A stretch of 53,955 nt of DNA from an uncultured Collinsella sp. GTDB lineage: Bacteria; Actinomycetota; Coriobacteriia; Coriobacteriales; Coriobacteriaceae. The position numbers were made by a program, and so were the translations under genes. The notes under the pieces are model-generated. The model had not been told where the DNA came from, ran no database searches, and saw only the letters and a list, made by a program, of their open reading frames with translations. Below, piece by piece: positions 20,879 through 31,335 of the stretch (the first letter of the stretch is position 1; every line of letters begins with the position of its first letter). The stretch spans positions 1-53,955 of the forward strand of contig URTL01000001.1 in NCBI GenBank assembly GCA_900550785.1. The letters run 5' to 3'.

Positions 20879-21307
20879 TTAGGCCATCTTGTTGAGCATG
20901 TCGACACGGATCTGGTGACGGCCGCCGGCGTACTGGGCACGCAGGAACTCGCGGGCGATCTTCTTGGCGACCTCGGTGCCCACAACGCCCGGGCCCATGG
21001 TGACCATGCGCGAGCCGTTGTGCTCGCGGGTCATGTAAGCGGAACGCTCGTCGGAAATGTTGGCGACGACCATGCCCTTGATCTTGACGGCGGCCATATA
21101 GGAGCCGACGCCGTACTTATCGAATGCGAAGCCCTGGGAATCCTTGTGCTCCAGCAGGTCCTTGGCAACGGCGGTCGCGGAATCGACAAAGTCCGCGGCA
21201 GGGGTCTCGGAATAGTCGACGACCTCGTGACCGTCGGCGATGAGCATCTCCTTGATGGACTCCTTCATCGACATACCGTCGGCATCGGAAGCGATTACAA
21301 CCCTCAT
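20879..21307 (-). CDS. lacA: Galactose-6-phosphate isomerase subunit LacA
   Basis: SDERSAYMTREHN, YAGGRHQIRVDMLNKM. Confidence 0.95.
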   Translation of the reverse strand: MRVVIASDADGMSMKESIKEMLIADGHEVVDYSETPAADFVDSATAVAKDLLEHKDSQGFAFDKYGVGSYMAAVKIKGMVVANISDERSAYMTREHNGSRMVTMGPGVVGTEVAKKIAREFLRAQYAGGRHQIRVDMLNKMA

Positions 21308-21548
21308 GACATCCTCCTTGAGAGATACGCAGGTGCGTAGTTTCTGTTTGGAAGTGTTGAATCGCGTTCAGGTCCGGGCATCTGAATGTGCGGTTCTTCA
21401 CTGTTCATGTTTATTTGAACACATTCGAACATCAACTGCAAGAATTATTTGTTTGTCTTTGTTCTTTTTTGAACAAATACCGTTCGCGGATGATTGCTGA
21501 CCGTTTGGAATCGGGGAAAGCCCACCCTGCCACGTATTCAACAAACAA

Positions 21549-21581
21549 AAGGGCGGCCGAGAACGTGTCTCGGCCGCCCTT
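21549..21581 (-). terminator. Terminator for the 21616 gene
   Basis: AAGGGCGGCCGAGA/TCTCGGCCGCCCTT stem with an A-run on the left. Confidence 0.7.
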
Positions 21582-21615
21582 CGGCGGTATTCCCCGGTAT
21601 ATACAGCTGTTTTAG

Positions 21616-22629
21616 CTACTCGGACTGCCCGCCCTTTTTGGCGTGCTTGGACGGAGCGCTCAGAAAGCGACCCGTCAAATAGTTCGCCGGGCCGGAAATA
21701 TCAATCCCCAGCAGGGTGTGCCCCAGCCACAAAAACGCCGCGAGCACCAGCAATGGAATCACGCACGAGGTCACGATCATCACGATGACGCCTTCGATAA
21801 GGTCGGTCACCTGCTGCACGATCTCGTCGGTCATCTGCTTGGCACCACTGGTTACCGACGTGACCAGGCTTGAGGCACCGTCGGCAAGCTGCTCAAGCAC
21901 GTTCTTGGACTCTGTGGACTCGGTCTTTTTCTTGCTTGCTTTGGAGCTATCACTATTTGCCGTACCCGCAGCGTCGGCCGCCTTTTGCTCGGCCGCTTCG
22001 ATGCTCACTCGATACGTTTCGTCGACCTTTTGCGACACCCATACGCTTGCAGGCACCAACGCCATGCCGATCGTGGCGACCACCAGCACGCGAGTCGCCA
22101 CGCGGCGCAGGACGGCGCTCGTGCTCCAGCGCCCGTGAATGCCGAGCGACACCGCAAGGAGCACCAGCGCAAACGGGATCAGGATGCCCAGGCCAACCGA
22201 CCACAAAATGGTCAGCAGGTATTTCTCGAGGTAGAGCACGGCAAGCACGATGCCCAAGTTACCCGAAAGCTGCGCGAGCTGCTCGGCAACCGGCGTTCCC
22301 GTATCGCCCGGCAGCGCAGTGATACCCGCAGATAGGGCGACGCACGAGGTCGTGAGCGCCAAAACATTGCCCTTCTTTTGATCGATGACCTCGATGGTGG
22401 AGTCCCAAGTCTTGGTATCGGCGAAATGCGGACGAGCTACAAAGCCCGACAGCAGCGCCAGTCCCACGAGCGCAACGATAAAGCCAATCTGCAGCTTTTT
22501 GTTTGCGCACACGACATCGGACAGACTGGGCTGCAGCTCGGTTACCGTCGTGTGCTCGGTTATCTGGACAGGACGCCCATGAGCCATCTCGTGCGCGTCT
22601 CTTTTTTGTATTGACCCGTTATCCGGCAT
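21616..22629 (-). CDS. Hypothetical multi-pass membrane protein (start uncertain)
   Basis: Several TM segments; ITALPGDTGTPVAEQLA and LYLEKYLLT motifs; host codon usage. Confidence 0.75.
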   Translation of the reverse strand: MPDNGSIQKRDAHEMAHGRPVQITEHTTVTELQPSLSDVVCANKKLQIGFIVALVGLALLSGFVARPHFADTKTWDSTIEVIDQKKGNVLALTTSCVALSAGITALPGDTGTPVAEQLAQLSGNLGIVLAVLYLEKYLLTILWSVGLGILIPFALVLLAVSLGIHGRWSTSAVLRRVATRVLVVATIGMALVPASVWVSQKVDETYRVSIEAAEQKAADAAGTANSDSSKASKKKTESTESKNVLEQLADGASSLVTSVTSGAKQMTDEIVQQVTDLIEGVIVMIVTSCVIPLLVLAAFLWLGHTLLGIDISGPANYLTGRFLSAPSKHAKKGGQSE

Positions 22630-22826
22630 TTGGATACCTCCTCAGTCCGGGGCTTAATGCGAAAGGAAGTATACCCACCGAGCAAAAAACGAACGGGAAG
22701 ACGAACAGAGCGCACCAAGACTGTCCCCAATGACTATCTCCGGATGAGTTGCGGTGGAATAGGGATTGTTTTGCGCCCGTCGGCCCCTATTCAGTCCCTA
22801 TTTCACCGCAACTTGGAGGAGGACAG

Positions 22827-22860
22827 AAAAAGCCCTGCCGCGGGTAGCGGCAGAGCTTTT
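22827..22860 (-). terminator. lacF terminator
   Basis: AAAAGCCCTGCCGC...GCGGCAGAGCTTTT. Confidence 0.7.
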
Positions 22861-22887
22861 GGAAGGGGACTTGGTTGTGAGGGCTCG

Positions 22888-23226
22888 TTAGGCGAGCTTG
22901 GCCTCGAGCTCGGCGATGCGCTTGTAGGCATCGATGGTAAAGCGGGCCTGCTTCTCCAGGATCATAGTGGTCATGAGAGTGTCCTGAGCGTGAGCCATGA
23001 TGAAGGTCATCTCCATCTCGCCACCGCCGGCCTCCTGCGAAAGCAGCTTGGTCTGCGTGTCGTGGGCGCCGATAAGTGCATCGCTGGCATCCTTGTGCAG
23101 CTGTTCGGCCTTCTCAAAATCGCCCTCGCGAGCAGCATCGAGCGCTGCAAGCAGATCGGTCTGGGCGTCACCTGCGTATGCGACAATCTCGAATCCAACC
23201 ATCGAGATTTCTTCTTTGGTTGCCAT
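22888..23226 (-). CDS. lacF: PTS lactose/cellobiose EIIA
   Basis: GFEIVAYAGDA, AHDTQT, MAHAQDTLMT (phospho-His). Confidence 0.92.
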   Translation of the reverse strand: MATKEEISMVGFEIVAYAGDAQTDLLAALDAAREGDFEKAEQLHKDASDALIGAHDTQTKLLSQEAGGGEMEMTFIMAHAQDTLMTTMILEKQARFTIDAYKRIAELEAKLA

Positions 23227-23441
23227 ATTGCGTTCCTTTCACATATGAACCAATGGAGAGCATCGCGTCCGGGCATACGCGCTGCGTTCTGTATGACAGA
23301 AACATTAACATTCAAACAAAAAAGAACAGCGCAAAACGTGATTTCGAGCTATGAACGGTCGCTTTTCGCCCGTGAACGGTTTTTAAACCAATCTGAACAA
23401 TATCGAACACAATTAGCGGCAACCCAAACAGACCTGCGCCC

Positions 23442-24446
23442 CTAGCGTACATCGCGCACCGTATCGCCCTCGACGAGCACGCCCGGAAACAGCATGTGCT
23501 CCACACCGGGCGCAACGCCCTCGGCGCCGGCAATCTTGTCGACCGCCCACATGCCGACGCGCTTGTTGTCAAAGCGCACCGTGGTCAGGCGACGGTCGGG
23601 CACGATATCGCCCAGGCTGTCATCAACACCCACCACACTCACGTCCTCGGGCACGCGCTTTCCGCGCGACTCGAGCCCGCGAATGCAGCCGTAGGCCATG
23701 GCGTCGTTGGAAGCATAAATGGCCGTACAGGTCGGATCATCCGCCAGGGCCTGACCTGCGGCATATCCGCTCTGCGCCGTCCAATCGCCACGGATAAGTC
23801 GCGGTGGCTCAATGCCATGCGCGCGCAATGTCTCGCGCCAGCCTTCCTCGCGCCGCATGCCCGAAAGCGAGCGCTCGGGACACGAGATAAAGTGCACGGT
23901 CTTGTGCCCCCGCTCCAGCAAGTACTCGACCACCTGGCGCGAGCAATCGAACTGGTCGTTATCGACCGTTGAACAGAGCGGGTGCTCCAACATCGTAACG
24001 AGCACCGTCTGCATGCCGGGCAGCGGCTCAAAAGTGCCAAAGTCTGCCGGCATGCGATTCATGATCACAACCATACCGTCCACTGGCAGTGCGCTCATGC
24101 GCGACGATGCGCTCTCGAGGGTATACGGATGCCCGTCTACTTTAGTGAGGGTGATGGCATAGCCGTGCTTATCGGCCGCGGCGGCAAAGCCCTCCATACG
24201 GTCGAGATTGCCGGTGCCGGTAATGTTGAACATGGCGACGCCGACGGTCTTAAACTTACCGCGGCGCAGCGATCGACCGGCAAAATTGGGGCGATACCCC
24301 AGCTCGCGCATGGCGGCACGCACGCGTTCCTTGGTCTCGGGGCGCACGCTGGGCGAATCGTGCACGGTGCGCGAGACCGTCTGCTCCGAGACGCCCGCGA
24401 GACGCGCCACATCCTTAACGGATACCGATTTTTTAACAGCGGCCAT
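23442..24446 (-). CDS. LacI-family regulator (module 1)
   Basis: HTH SVKDVARLAGVSEQTVSR; YRPN hinge; SNDAMA; VSVVGVDD. Confidence 0.92.
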   Translation of the reverse strand: MAAVKKSVSVKDVARLAGVSEQTVSRTVHDSPSVRPETKERVRAAMRELGYRPNFAGRSLRRGKFKTVGVAMFNITGTGNLDRMEGFAAAADKHGYAITLTKVDGHPYTLESASSRMSALPVDGMVVIMNRMPADFGTFEPLPGMQTVLVTMLEHPLCSTVDNDQFDCSRQVVEYLLERGHKTVHFISCPERSLSGMRREEGWRETLRAHGIEPPRLIRGDWTAQSGYAAGQALADDPTCTAIYASNDAMAYGCIRGLESRGKRVPEDVSVVGVDDSLGDIVPDRRLTTVRFDNKRVGMWAVDKIAGAEGVAPGVEHMLFPGVLVEGDTVRDVR

Positions 24447-24460
24447 AGGTCGATCTTTCT

Positions 24461-24744
24461 ATGTCAACGATGCCATTGATGGCACCTTGCGCAGTCATTT
24501 TTACCGCCTTCAAGTATATCCAACGCCTCCCCCACCATACGCTCACCACCCAAAACCTACCGTTCACCGACATTATTGCTTCCCCAAACGGCTTTTGTCG
24601 ACCAAATGTTAACGTTGCCATTGTGCAAACACAGAGCCACCGGGCGGCTCAAACGTTTACGCGTAAGGAATCGACGGTTCGCAGGCACAGGAACCACCGG
24701 TTCGCTTCTTTTTTTGTGTCACAAAATGGCAACGTCAACATTTT
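24461..24744. promoter_or_regulatory. Three putative LacI operators for module 1
   Basis: ATGTCAACGATGCCATT (24461), ATGTTAACGTTGCCATT (24606) and its inverted copy AATGGCAACGTCAACAT (24725); pseudo-palindromes with a central CG. Confidence 0.6.
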
Positions 24745-24803
24745 GGCAACCGAAAGTCAAAAGCTACCATCGTTGCTAACCCACCGACTCTTAGGAGCAT
24801 TGC

Positions 24804-26567
24804 ATGGAGCAACTCATCGCCATCATCGAAAAGGGCCAGCCCTTTTTCAACGCGATCGCCCGCAACAAGTACCTCAAGGCGATCCGCGACGGCTTTATCT
24901 CCGTCATCCCCATCATCATCTTCTCGTCCATCTTCTGCCTGGTAGCCTCGGTCCCCAACATCTGGGGTTTCTACTGGCCCGATGACATCAACAACGCCCT
25001 GTGGAAGTGCTACAACTACTCCATGGGCATCCTGGCCATCGCCTGCGCCGCCACCACGGCCAAGCACTTCGCCGACGCTCAGAACCGCGATCTGCCCAAG
25101 AACAACCAGATCAACTTCATCTCGTGCATGTGCGCGGCCATCATCGGCTTCTTGCTCCTTTCGAGCGACACGATCGCCACGGACGCCGCCAGCGGTTTCA
25201 ACACCACCTACCTTGGTTCCAAGGGCCTGCTGACCGCTTTCATCGCTGCGTTTGTGACTGGCATCATCTACAAGTTCTTCATTAAGCGCAACATCACCGT
25301 CAAGATGCCCGAGCAGGTTCCGCCCAACATCTCGCAGACCTTTAAGGACATCATCCCCTTCTCCGTCTGCATCACCGTCTTTTGGGTTTTTGACATCGTC
25401 TTCCGCGCTGCTTTTGGCTTCTGCTTTGCCCAGGGTGTCATCCAGGTGTTCCAGCCCCTGTTCACCGCTGCCGATGGCTACATCGGCCTCGCTGTGATCT
25501 ACGGCGCCATGAGCCTCTTCTGGTTCGTGGGCGTCCACGGCCCCTCAATCGTCGAGCCCGCCATCGCCGCCGCTCTCGTTGCCAACATGACCGACAACCT
25601 GGCTGCGTTCCAGGCCGGCCAGCACGCTTCCGCTGTCCTGACCCAGGGTGCCCAGTACTTCGTCGTCTGCATGGGCGGCACCGGCGCCACGCTCGTCCTG
25701 GTCTTTATGTTCTGCTTCCTGGCCAAGTCTCAGGAGATGCGCGCCGTCGGTAAGGCCGCCATCGTCCCCGTCTGCTTTGCCGTCAACGAGCCGCTGCTGT
25801 TCGCCGCGCCCATCGTACTCAACCCCGTCTTCTTTGTCCCGTTTGTCTTTGCCCCGATCGCCAACATCTGGATCCTCAAGATCTTTATCGACTTCTTGGG
25901 CATGAACGGCTTTATGTACACCCTGCCTTGGACCGTCCCCGGCCCCATCGGCACCATCATGGGCCTGGGCTTCCAGCCGCTCGCCTTTGTGATGCTCGCC
26001 CTTATCCTGGTCGTCGACTTCGTTCTGTACTATCCGTTCTTCCGTGCCTATGACGCCCAGAAGTGCGCCGAGGAGGCCGAGATTTCCCAGGAGGAGCTCG
26101 CAGCCAAGAACGCCGAGAAGGCCGCTAAGCTCAACGATGCCTTCCAGGGCAAGGCTGACGCCAAGAGCGTTGCCGCCGGCGCTGCTGCCGAGGCCGTGAA
26201 GTCCGACGTCGCTCCCGCCGCCACCGAGGCAACGACCGCCAGCGACCTCAACGGCAAGCGCGTGCTCGTGCTCTGCCAGGGCGGCGGAACCTCGGGCCTG
26301 CTCGCCAACGCGCTGGCCAAGGCCGCCAAGGAGCGCGGCATCAATCTTGAGACCGCTGCCGAGGCCTATGGCAACCACGTGGACATGCTCCCCGACTTCG
26401 ATCTGGTCGTCCTGGCCCCGCAGGCCGCCAGTTACCTGGCCGACCTGCAGAAGGACTGCGAGCGCGTGGGCAACAAGTGCGTCGCCTGCCGCGGTAAGCA
26501 GTACATCGAGCTTTCCCAAAACGGCGATAAGTCTCTCGCCTTCGTAAGCGAGCAACTCTCGAAGTAA
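24804..26567 (+). CDS. lacE: PTS lactose-family EIICB (module 1)
   Basis: YLKAIRDGF, GVHGPSIV, FAVNEPLLF; EIIB LVLCQGGGTS (phospho-Cys). Confidence 0.92.
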   Translation: MEQLIAIIEKGQPFFNAIARNKYLKAIRDGFISVIPIIIFSSIFCLVASVPNIWGFYWPDDINNALWKCYNYSMGILAIACAATTAKHFADAQNRDLPKNNQINFISCMCAAIIGFLLLSSDTIATDAASGFNTTYLGSKGLLTAFIAAFVTGIIYKFFIKRNITVKMPEQVPPNISQTFKDIIPFSVCITVFWVFDIVFRAAFGFCFAQGVIQVFQPLFTAADGYIGLAVIYGAMSLFWFVGVHGPSIVEPAIAAALVANMTDNLAAFQAGQHASAVLTQGAQYFVVCMGGTGATLVLVFMFCFLAKSQEMRAVGKAAIVPVCFAVNEPLLFAAPIVLNPVFFVPFVFAPIANIWILKIFIDFLGMNGFMYTLPWTVPGPIGTIMGLGFQPLAFVMLALILVVDFVLYYPFFRAYDAQKCAEEAEISQEELAAKNAEKAAKLNDAFQGKADAKSVAAGAAAEAVKSDVAPAATEATTASDLNGKRVLVLCQGGGTSGLLANALAKAAKERGINLETAAEAYGNHVDMLPDFDLVVLAPQAASYLADLQKDCERVGNKCVACRGKQYIELSQNGDKSLAFVSEQLSK

Positions 26568-26633
26568 GTAACGCTCAGGGCCAGCCGACCATCCAAGACC
26601 GGCTGGCCCTTCGATTTAGACGATTGGATCATC

Positions 26634-28073
26634 ATGTCCGTTAACCCTGCTAGCGTCACCAACCCGCCTGCGCAGTTTCCCGAGGACTTTGTCTTTGGCG
26701 GCGCTACCGCTGCCTACCAGGTAGAGGGCGAGACCCGCACCCATGGTAAAGGCAAAGTCGCCTGGGACGACTTCCTGGAGGCCCAGGGGCGCTTCTCCCC
26801 CGATCCCGCTTCGGACTTCTACAACCAGTACCCCGTCGATTTGGAGCTGTGCGAGGAGTTCGGCATCAACGGCATTCGCCTCTCTATCGCCTGGAGCCGC
26901 ATCTTCCCCAACGGTACCGGTGAGATTAACCCCGAGGGCGTGCAGTTCTATCACGACCTCTTCGCCGAGTGCCATAAGCACCACGTTGAGCCGTTTGTCA
27001 CGCTGCATCACTTTGACACGCCGCTGTCCCTCTTTGAGAAGGGCGACTTCCTCAACCGCGAGACCATCGACGCCTTTGTGGACTTTGCTACCTTCTGCTT
27101 TAAGGAGTACGCCGACCAGGTGACCTACTGGTTCACCTTTAACGAGATCTGGGCCGACGCCTCCAACACCTACATCGAGGGCACCTTCCCCGGTGGCGTC
27201 AAGGCGCATCTGGCCGAGGCCTTCCAGTGCGAGCACAACATGATGCTCGCCCACGCCAAGGCCGTGCTGGCCTTCCACAACGGCGGCTTTAAGGGCAAGA
27301 TCGGCGTCATTCAGTCGCTGGAGTTTAAGTATCCGCTCAACGAGAACGACCCCGCCGACATCAAGGCCGCCAACAACGAGCACGTGCTGCAAAACCAGTT
27401 CTTGCTCGACGCCACCTTCCGCGGCGACTATGCGCCCGACACCCTCGAGTGCGCCAACCGCCTGGCTGCCGTCTCGGGCGGCACCATCGAGATCCTAGAC
27501 GAGGATCTGGAAATCATGCGCGAGGCCGCGCTCTACAACGACTACCTGGGCGTTAACAACTACCAGTGCCGTTTCTTGAAGGCTTACGATGGCGAGAACG
27601 ACCTGCACCACAACGGTACGGGCGAGAAGGGCACCGGCCGCTGGCGCGTCAAGGGCATTGGCGAGCACGTGAACAAGCCTGGCATCCCCACCACCGACTG
27701 GGACTGGATCATCTATCCCGAGGGTCTGTTCGATCTGCTCGTCTACATTAAGCAGCGCTACCCCAACTACAAGCAGATCTTCATCACCGAGAACGGCATG
27801 GGCTACAAGGACCCCTACAAGGACGGTTTTGTGGACGACCAGCCGCGCATCGACTACATCGAGCAGCACCTGCGCTGGTTGCTCAAGGCCATGGAGGTGG
27901 GCGTCAACGTGGGCGGCTACTTCCTGTGGAGCCTGCAGGATCAGTTCTCCTGGACCAATGGCTACAACAAGCGTTACGGCTTCTTCTACGTTGACTTTGA
28001 AACCCAGAAGCGCACACCCAAGGCAAGCGCATACTGGTATAAGCACGTGGCGCAGACCCGTCGTCTGGACTAG
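26634..28073 (+). CDS. lacG: 6-phospho-beta-galactosidase (GH1, module 1)
   Basis: FGGATAAYQVEG, TFNE, ITENGMG, TDWDWIIYP, FSWTNGYNKRYG. Confidence 0.92.
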   Translation: MSVNPASVTNPPAQFPEDFVFGGATAAYQVEGETRTHGKGKVAWDDFLEAQGRFSPDPASDFYNQYPVDLELCEEFGINGIRLSIAWSRIFPNGTGEINPEGVQFYHDLFAECHKHHVEPFVTLHHFDTPLSLFEKGDFLNRETIDAFVDFATFCFKEYADQVTYWFTFNEIWADASNTYIEGTFPGGVKAHLAEAFQCEHNMMLAHAKAVLAFHNGGFKGKIGVIQSLEFKYPLNENDPADIKAANNEHVLQNQFLLDATFRGDYAPDTLECANRLAAVSGGTIEILDEDLEIMREAALYNDYLGVNNYQCRFLKAYDGENDLHHNGTGEKGTGRWRVKGIGEHVNKPGIPTTDWDWIIYPEGLFDLLVYIKQRYPNYKQIFITENGMGYKDPYKDGFVDDQPRIDYIEQHLRWLLKAMEVGVNVGGYFLWSLQDQFSWTNGYNKRYGFFYVDFETQKRTPKASAYWYKHVAQTRRLD

Positions 28074-28181
28074 TGACTGGCGGGGTTGCCCGCTCACATA
28101 ACCTGTCCCCATTTCTCAGCCGGGGGCGGCACGTCACACGGCGCGCCGCCCCCGGCCTTTTTTGGGCGGACCGTGTCGCAC

Positions 28182-28328
28182 GTTTGTCTCGATCTGTAAC
28201 ATCTAGCCGAGTTTTTTGGTCCTAGCTGTTACAGATTGAGACGAACAGGATTGCTCTTTCCGAAGAATCTAAATCTGTAACACGTAGCCCGCTTTTGACC
28301 GTCTACCTGTTACAAATCGAGACAAACG
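28182..28328. repeat. Pair of REP-like palindromic units
   Basis: Two copies of TCTCRATCTGTAACA-N25-TGTTACARATYGAGA (28182-28246, 28268-28328). Confidence 0.8.
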
Positions 28329-28337
28329 GAGTAGGAC

Positions 28338-29366
28338 CTAACCCCGCATGTCCCTAACAGTCGAGCGTTCGACCAGCGTACTCGGCACATGAATCGCCTC
28401 GATAGACGAGCTCTCTCCAATCGCCGCCTCAAACGCAAGCTTACCGACACCGCGCAAATCAAATCGCAGCGTCGTCAGTCGATTGTGAGGAACAAGTCCC
28501 TCGAGTGCGTCGTCGATACCAACCACGCTCACGTCGTCGGGCACGGACAGGCCCGCGTTCTCGAGCGCGGCGATAACGCCCAGCGCCATCTGGTCATTTG
28601 CCGCAAGCACGGCAGTCGGCGCCTGCGACCCGCCGGCAAGCACCTCGGCCGCAATCCGCTCGCCCATGGCGTACCCACTGTCCGCACTCCAATCGCCACG
28701 CAGCATCGGAGCGGCATCGACATGAGCACGACCCAGCGTATCGCGCCAACCGGCCTCACGAAAACGCGAGGAAATCGAGTTTTCCGGACCCGCCACAAAC
28801 CGCATATTCGAGTGACCATGTTCCAGCAGATAATTGGTCAACAGCTCGCACGAACCATACTGGTCGGAGTCGATCGTCGTGCAGCGCGGATGCGCATACA
28901 TGGACAGGATGACCGTTCGCACTCCCGGCTGGGGAACAAACTCCTCAAAATCGGGAGCCATGCGGTTCATGTTGAGAATCATGCCGTCGACGGGTCGCTC
29001 GACCATGCGGCGCGAGGCATCGGCAAGTGTATAGGGCTTGTCGCCGCCCATCTCGATCATAGTGACGGCAAAATCGTGCTCGCGCGCCGCTTGCATGATA
29101 CCCTCGAGCGTCGCCAGGTTACCGACACGTGTGATGTTGTACATGCACAGGCCAATAGAACGATACGACCCGCCGCGCAACGCCGCTCCAGCAAAATTGG
29201 GACGAAAGCCCAGCTCTTCCATGGCGGCCAGCACACGCTTGCGCGTCTTTTCCGTCACGTTGGGCACACCGTTGACCACGCGAGACACAGTCTGGCGGCT
29301 CACGCCAGCGAGCGCCGCAACCTCTGCCGCGCTCGCCGAATGACCATTCCTTGTCTGCTGAGCCAT
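28338..29366 (-). CDS. LacI-family regulator (module 2)
   Basis: HTH AAEVAALAGVSRQTVSR; FRPN; ANDQMA; VSVVGIDD. Confidence 0.92.
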   Translation of the reverse strand: MAQQTRNGHSASAAEVAALAGVSRQTVSRVVNGVPNVTEKTRKRVLAAMEELGFRPNFAGAALRGGSYRSIGLCMYNITRVGNLATLEGIMQAAREHDFAVTMIEMGGDKPYTLADASRRMVERPVDGMILNMNRMAPDFEEFVPQPGVRTVILSMYAHPRCTTIDSDQYGSCELLTNYLLEHGHSNMRFVAGPENSISSRFREAGWRDTLGRAHVDAAPMLRGDWSADSGYAMGERIAAEVLAGGSQAPTAVLAANDQMALGVIAALENAGLSVPDDVSVVGIDDALEGLVPHNRLTTLRFDLRGVGKLAFEAAIGESSSIEAIHVPSTLVERSTVRDMRG

Positions 29367-29428
29367 GCCTTCCACGCTAACCTGCTTCCCAACTATTCCC
29401 CGCGCCCATGGCGCATCGTACATACATC

Positions 29429-29597
29429 GATAACGTGCTCATGATACCCGAGCCATATACCACAACATGAAAACTTCTGTCAATCAAAACCGCTTACCGA
29501 ACAAATACAACCGTTCGCGGCTGTTTGAAGTTGTTTTGTTTCTATACATCCCAGCCGGATGTTAACGTGCTCATTGTCAAATGTTCACGTGCTCATT
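29429..29597. promoter_or_regulatory. Putative LacI operators for module 2
   Basis: GATAACGTGCTCAT (29429), ATGTTAACGTGCTCATT (29559), ATGTTCACGTGCTCATT (29581). Confidence 0.6.
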
Positions 29598-29710
29598 TTG
29601 GTTCTAATCATTTTAAGATAGTGTTTATCGGGCTTTTTCACCGCTGAACGCTAACCAGGGAGCCTCCTGAGCGCAAACGCACAATATCGAACAGCGAGAC
29701 GAGAGGGTGT

Positions 29711-31159
29711 ATGCATATGTCTTTGCTAAACCGCGTACAGCAGCTGCCGAAGGGCTTTGTTTGGGGCGCCGCAACCGCCGCGTACCAAACGGAAGGTTCC
29801 ACGAAGGTGGCAGGCAAGGGTAAGACCATGTGGGACGATTACCTTGTCGCCCAGGGTCGCTTTTTGCCCGACCCGGCCAGTGATTTCTACAACCGCTACG
29901 AGGAGGATATCCGCCTTTCTGCCGAGCATGGACTCAACGCCATCCGTGTGTCCATCGCCTGGACCCGCATCTTCCCCAACGGCGACGATGCCGAGCCCCT
30001 CGCCGAGGGCGTTAAGCACTACCACGAGCTGTTCGCCTGCTGCAAAAAGTATGGCGTCGAGCCCTATGTGTCCCTGCATCACTTTGACTCCCCCGCCGCC
30101 CTGTTCAACCAGGGCGACTGGCTCAACCGCAAGACCGTCGACGCCTATGTGCGCTATGCCGAGTTCTGCTTCCGCGAGTTCCGCGAGGTCAAGAATTGGT
30201 TCACCATCAACGAGCTCATCAGCCTCTCGCACTCCCAATACATCCAAGGCAACTTCCCGCCCAACCATCACTTTGATGTGACGAGCGGCATCCAGAGCCA
30301 GCACAACGAGCTCGTTGCCCACGCCCGCGCCGTCAACCTGTATAAGGATCTTGACGAGACCGAGCACCTGGGCGGACGCATTGGCATGGTCAACGTCCTG
30401 ACGCCGGCATATCCTGCCACAGACTCGCCCGCCGACCAGCACGCCGCCGACCTGTACAACGCCTTCTACACCGACTTCATCATGGACGGCGCCTTCCTGG
30501 GTCACTACTCCGCGCGCACCCTCTCACTCATCAACGAGATTCTGCGTGCCAACAACGCCACGCTTACGGTTGAGGACAGCGACATGGAGGAGCTCGCCAA
30601 GGCGGCGCCCCGCAACGATATGTTCGGCCTCAACTACTATCAGTCGGCGTTTATCGCCGCCTACGATGGCGAGTCCACCAACAGCTTTAACGGCACCGGA
30701 GACAAGGGCACCTCGTGCTTTAAGTTTAAGGGCGTCGGGCAGCAGGTCGATATGCCGGGTATCCCCACCACCGACTGGGATTGGCTCATCTACCCGCAAG
30801 GCCTCTACGACACGCTCAAGCACATCAGCGCCACCTATCCCAACCTCCCCGTCATCTATATCACCGAAAACGGCCTGGGCCACAAGGACCCCGAGCCCGG
30901 CGCAAACGGCATCGTCGCCGATCCCGAGCGCATCGACTTTGTCGACCAGCACATGGAGAAGGTGCTCCGGGCGCGCGCCGAGGGCGTCGACGTCCAGGGC
31001 TACTTTATCTGGAGCCTGCAGGACCAGTTCTCGTGGGCCAACGGCTATAACAAGCGCTACGGCCTGTTCTACATCGACTTCGACACGCAAAAACGCTACA
31101 TCAAGCAGTCGGCACTCTGGTACAAGGAGCTCGCCGACACTATGGCGGACGCGCAGTAG
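29711..31159 (+). CDS. lacG: 6-phospho-beta-galactosidase (GH1, module 2)
   Basis: WGAATAAYQTEG, TINE, ITENGLG, FSWANGYNKRYG. Confidence 0.9.
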   Translation: MHMSLLNRVQQLPKGFVWGAATAAYQTEGSTKVAGKGKTMWDDYLVAQGRFLPDPASDFYNRYEEDIRLSAEHGLNAIRVSIAWTRIFPNGDDAEPLAEGVKHYHELFACCKKYGVEPYVSLHHFDSPAALFNQGDWLNRKTVDAYVRYAEFCFREFREVKNWFTINELISLSHSQYIQGNFPPNHHFDVTSGIQSQHNELVAHARAVNLYKDLDETEHLGGRIGMVNVLTPAYPATDSPADQHAADLYNAFYTDFIMDGAFLGHYSARTLSLINEILRANNATLTVEDSDMEELAKAAPRNDMFGLNYYQSAFIAAYDGESTNSFNGTGDKGTSCFKFKGVGQQVDMPGIPTTDWDWLIYPQGLYDTLKHISATYPNLPVIYITENGLGHKDPEPGANGIVADPERIDFVDQHMEKVLRARAEGVDVQGYFIWSLQDQFSWANGYNKRYGLFYIDFDTQKRYIKQSALWYKELADTMADAQ

Positions 31160-31335
31160 CGCATCGCCTCGCTTTCCCCCGAGAAGGGAGCGGCCCTATG
31201 CGATACAAACCCAGCCGCTCCCCTCTCTCCCCCTGGGACCGACCCCGCCTGCACCCGGGCTTTTAGCAAGCGGGAGACCATATAGGTTTTCAACGTCCAT
31301 GCCATTAAGATTTCATGCAAAGAGGAGCGTGAACT

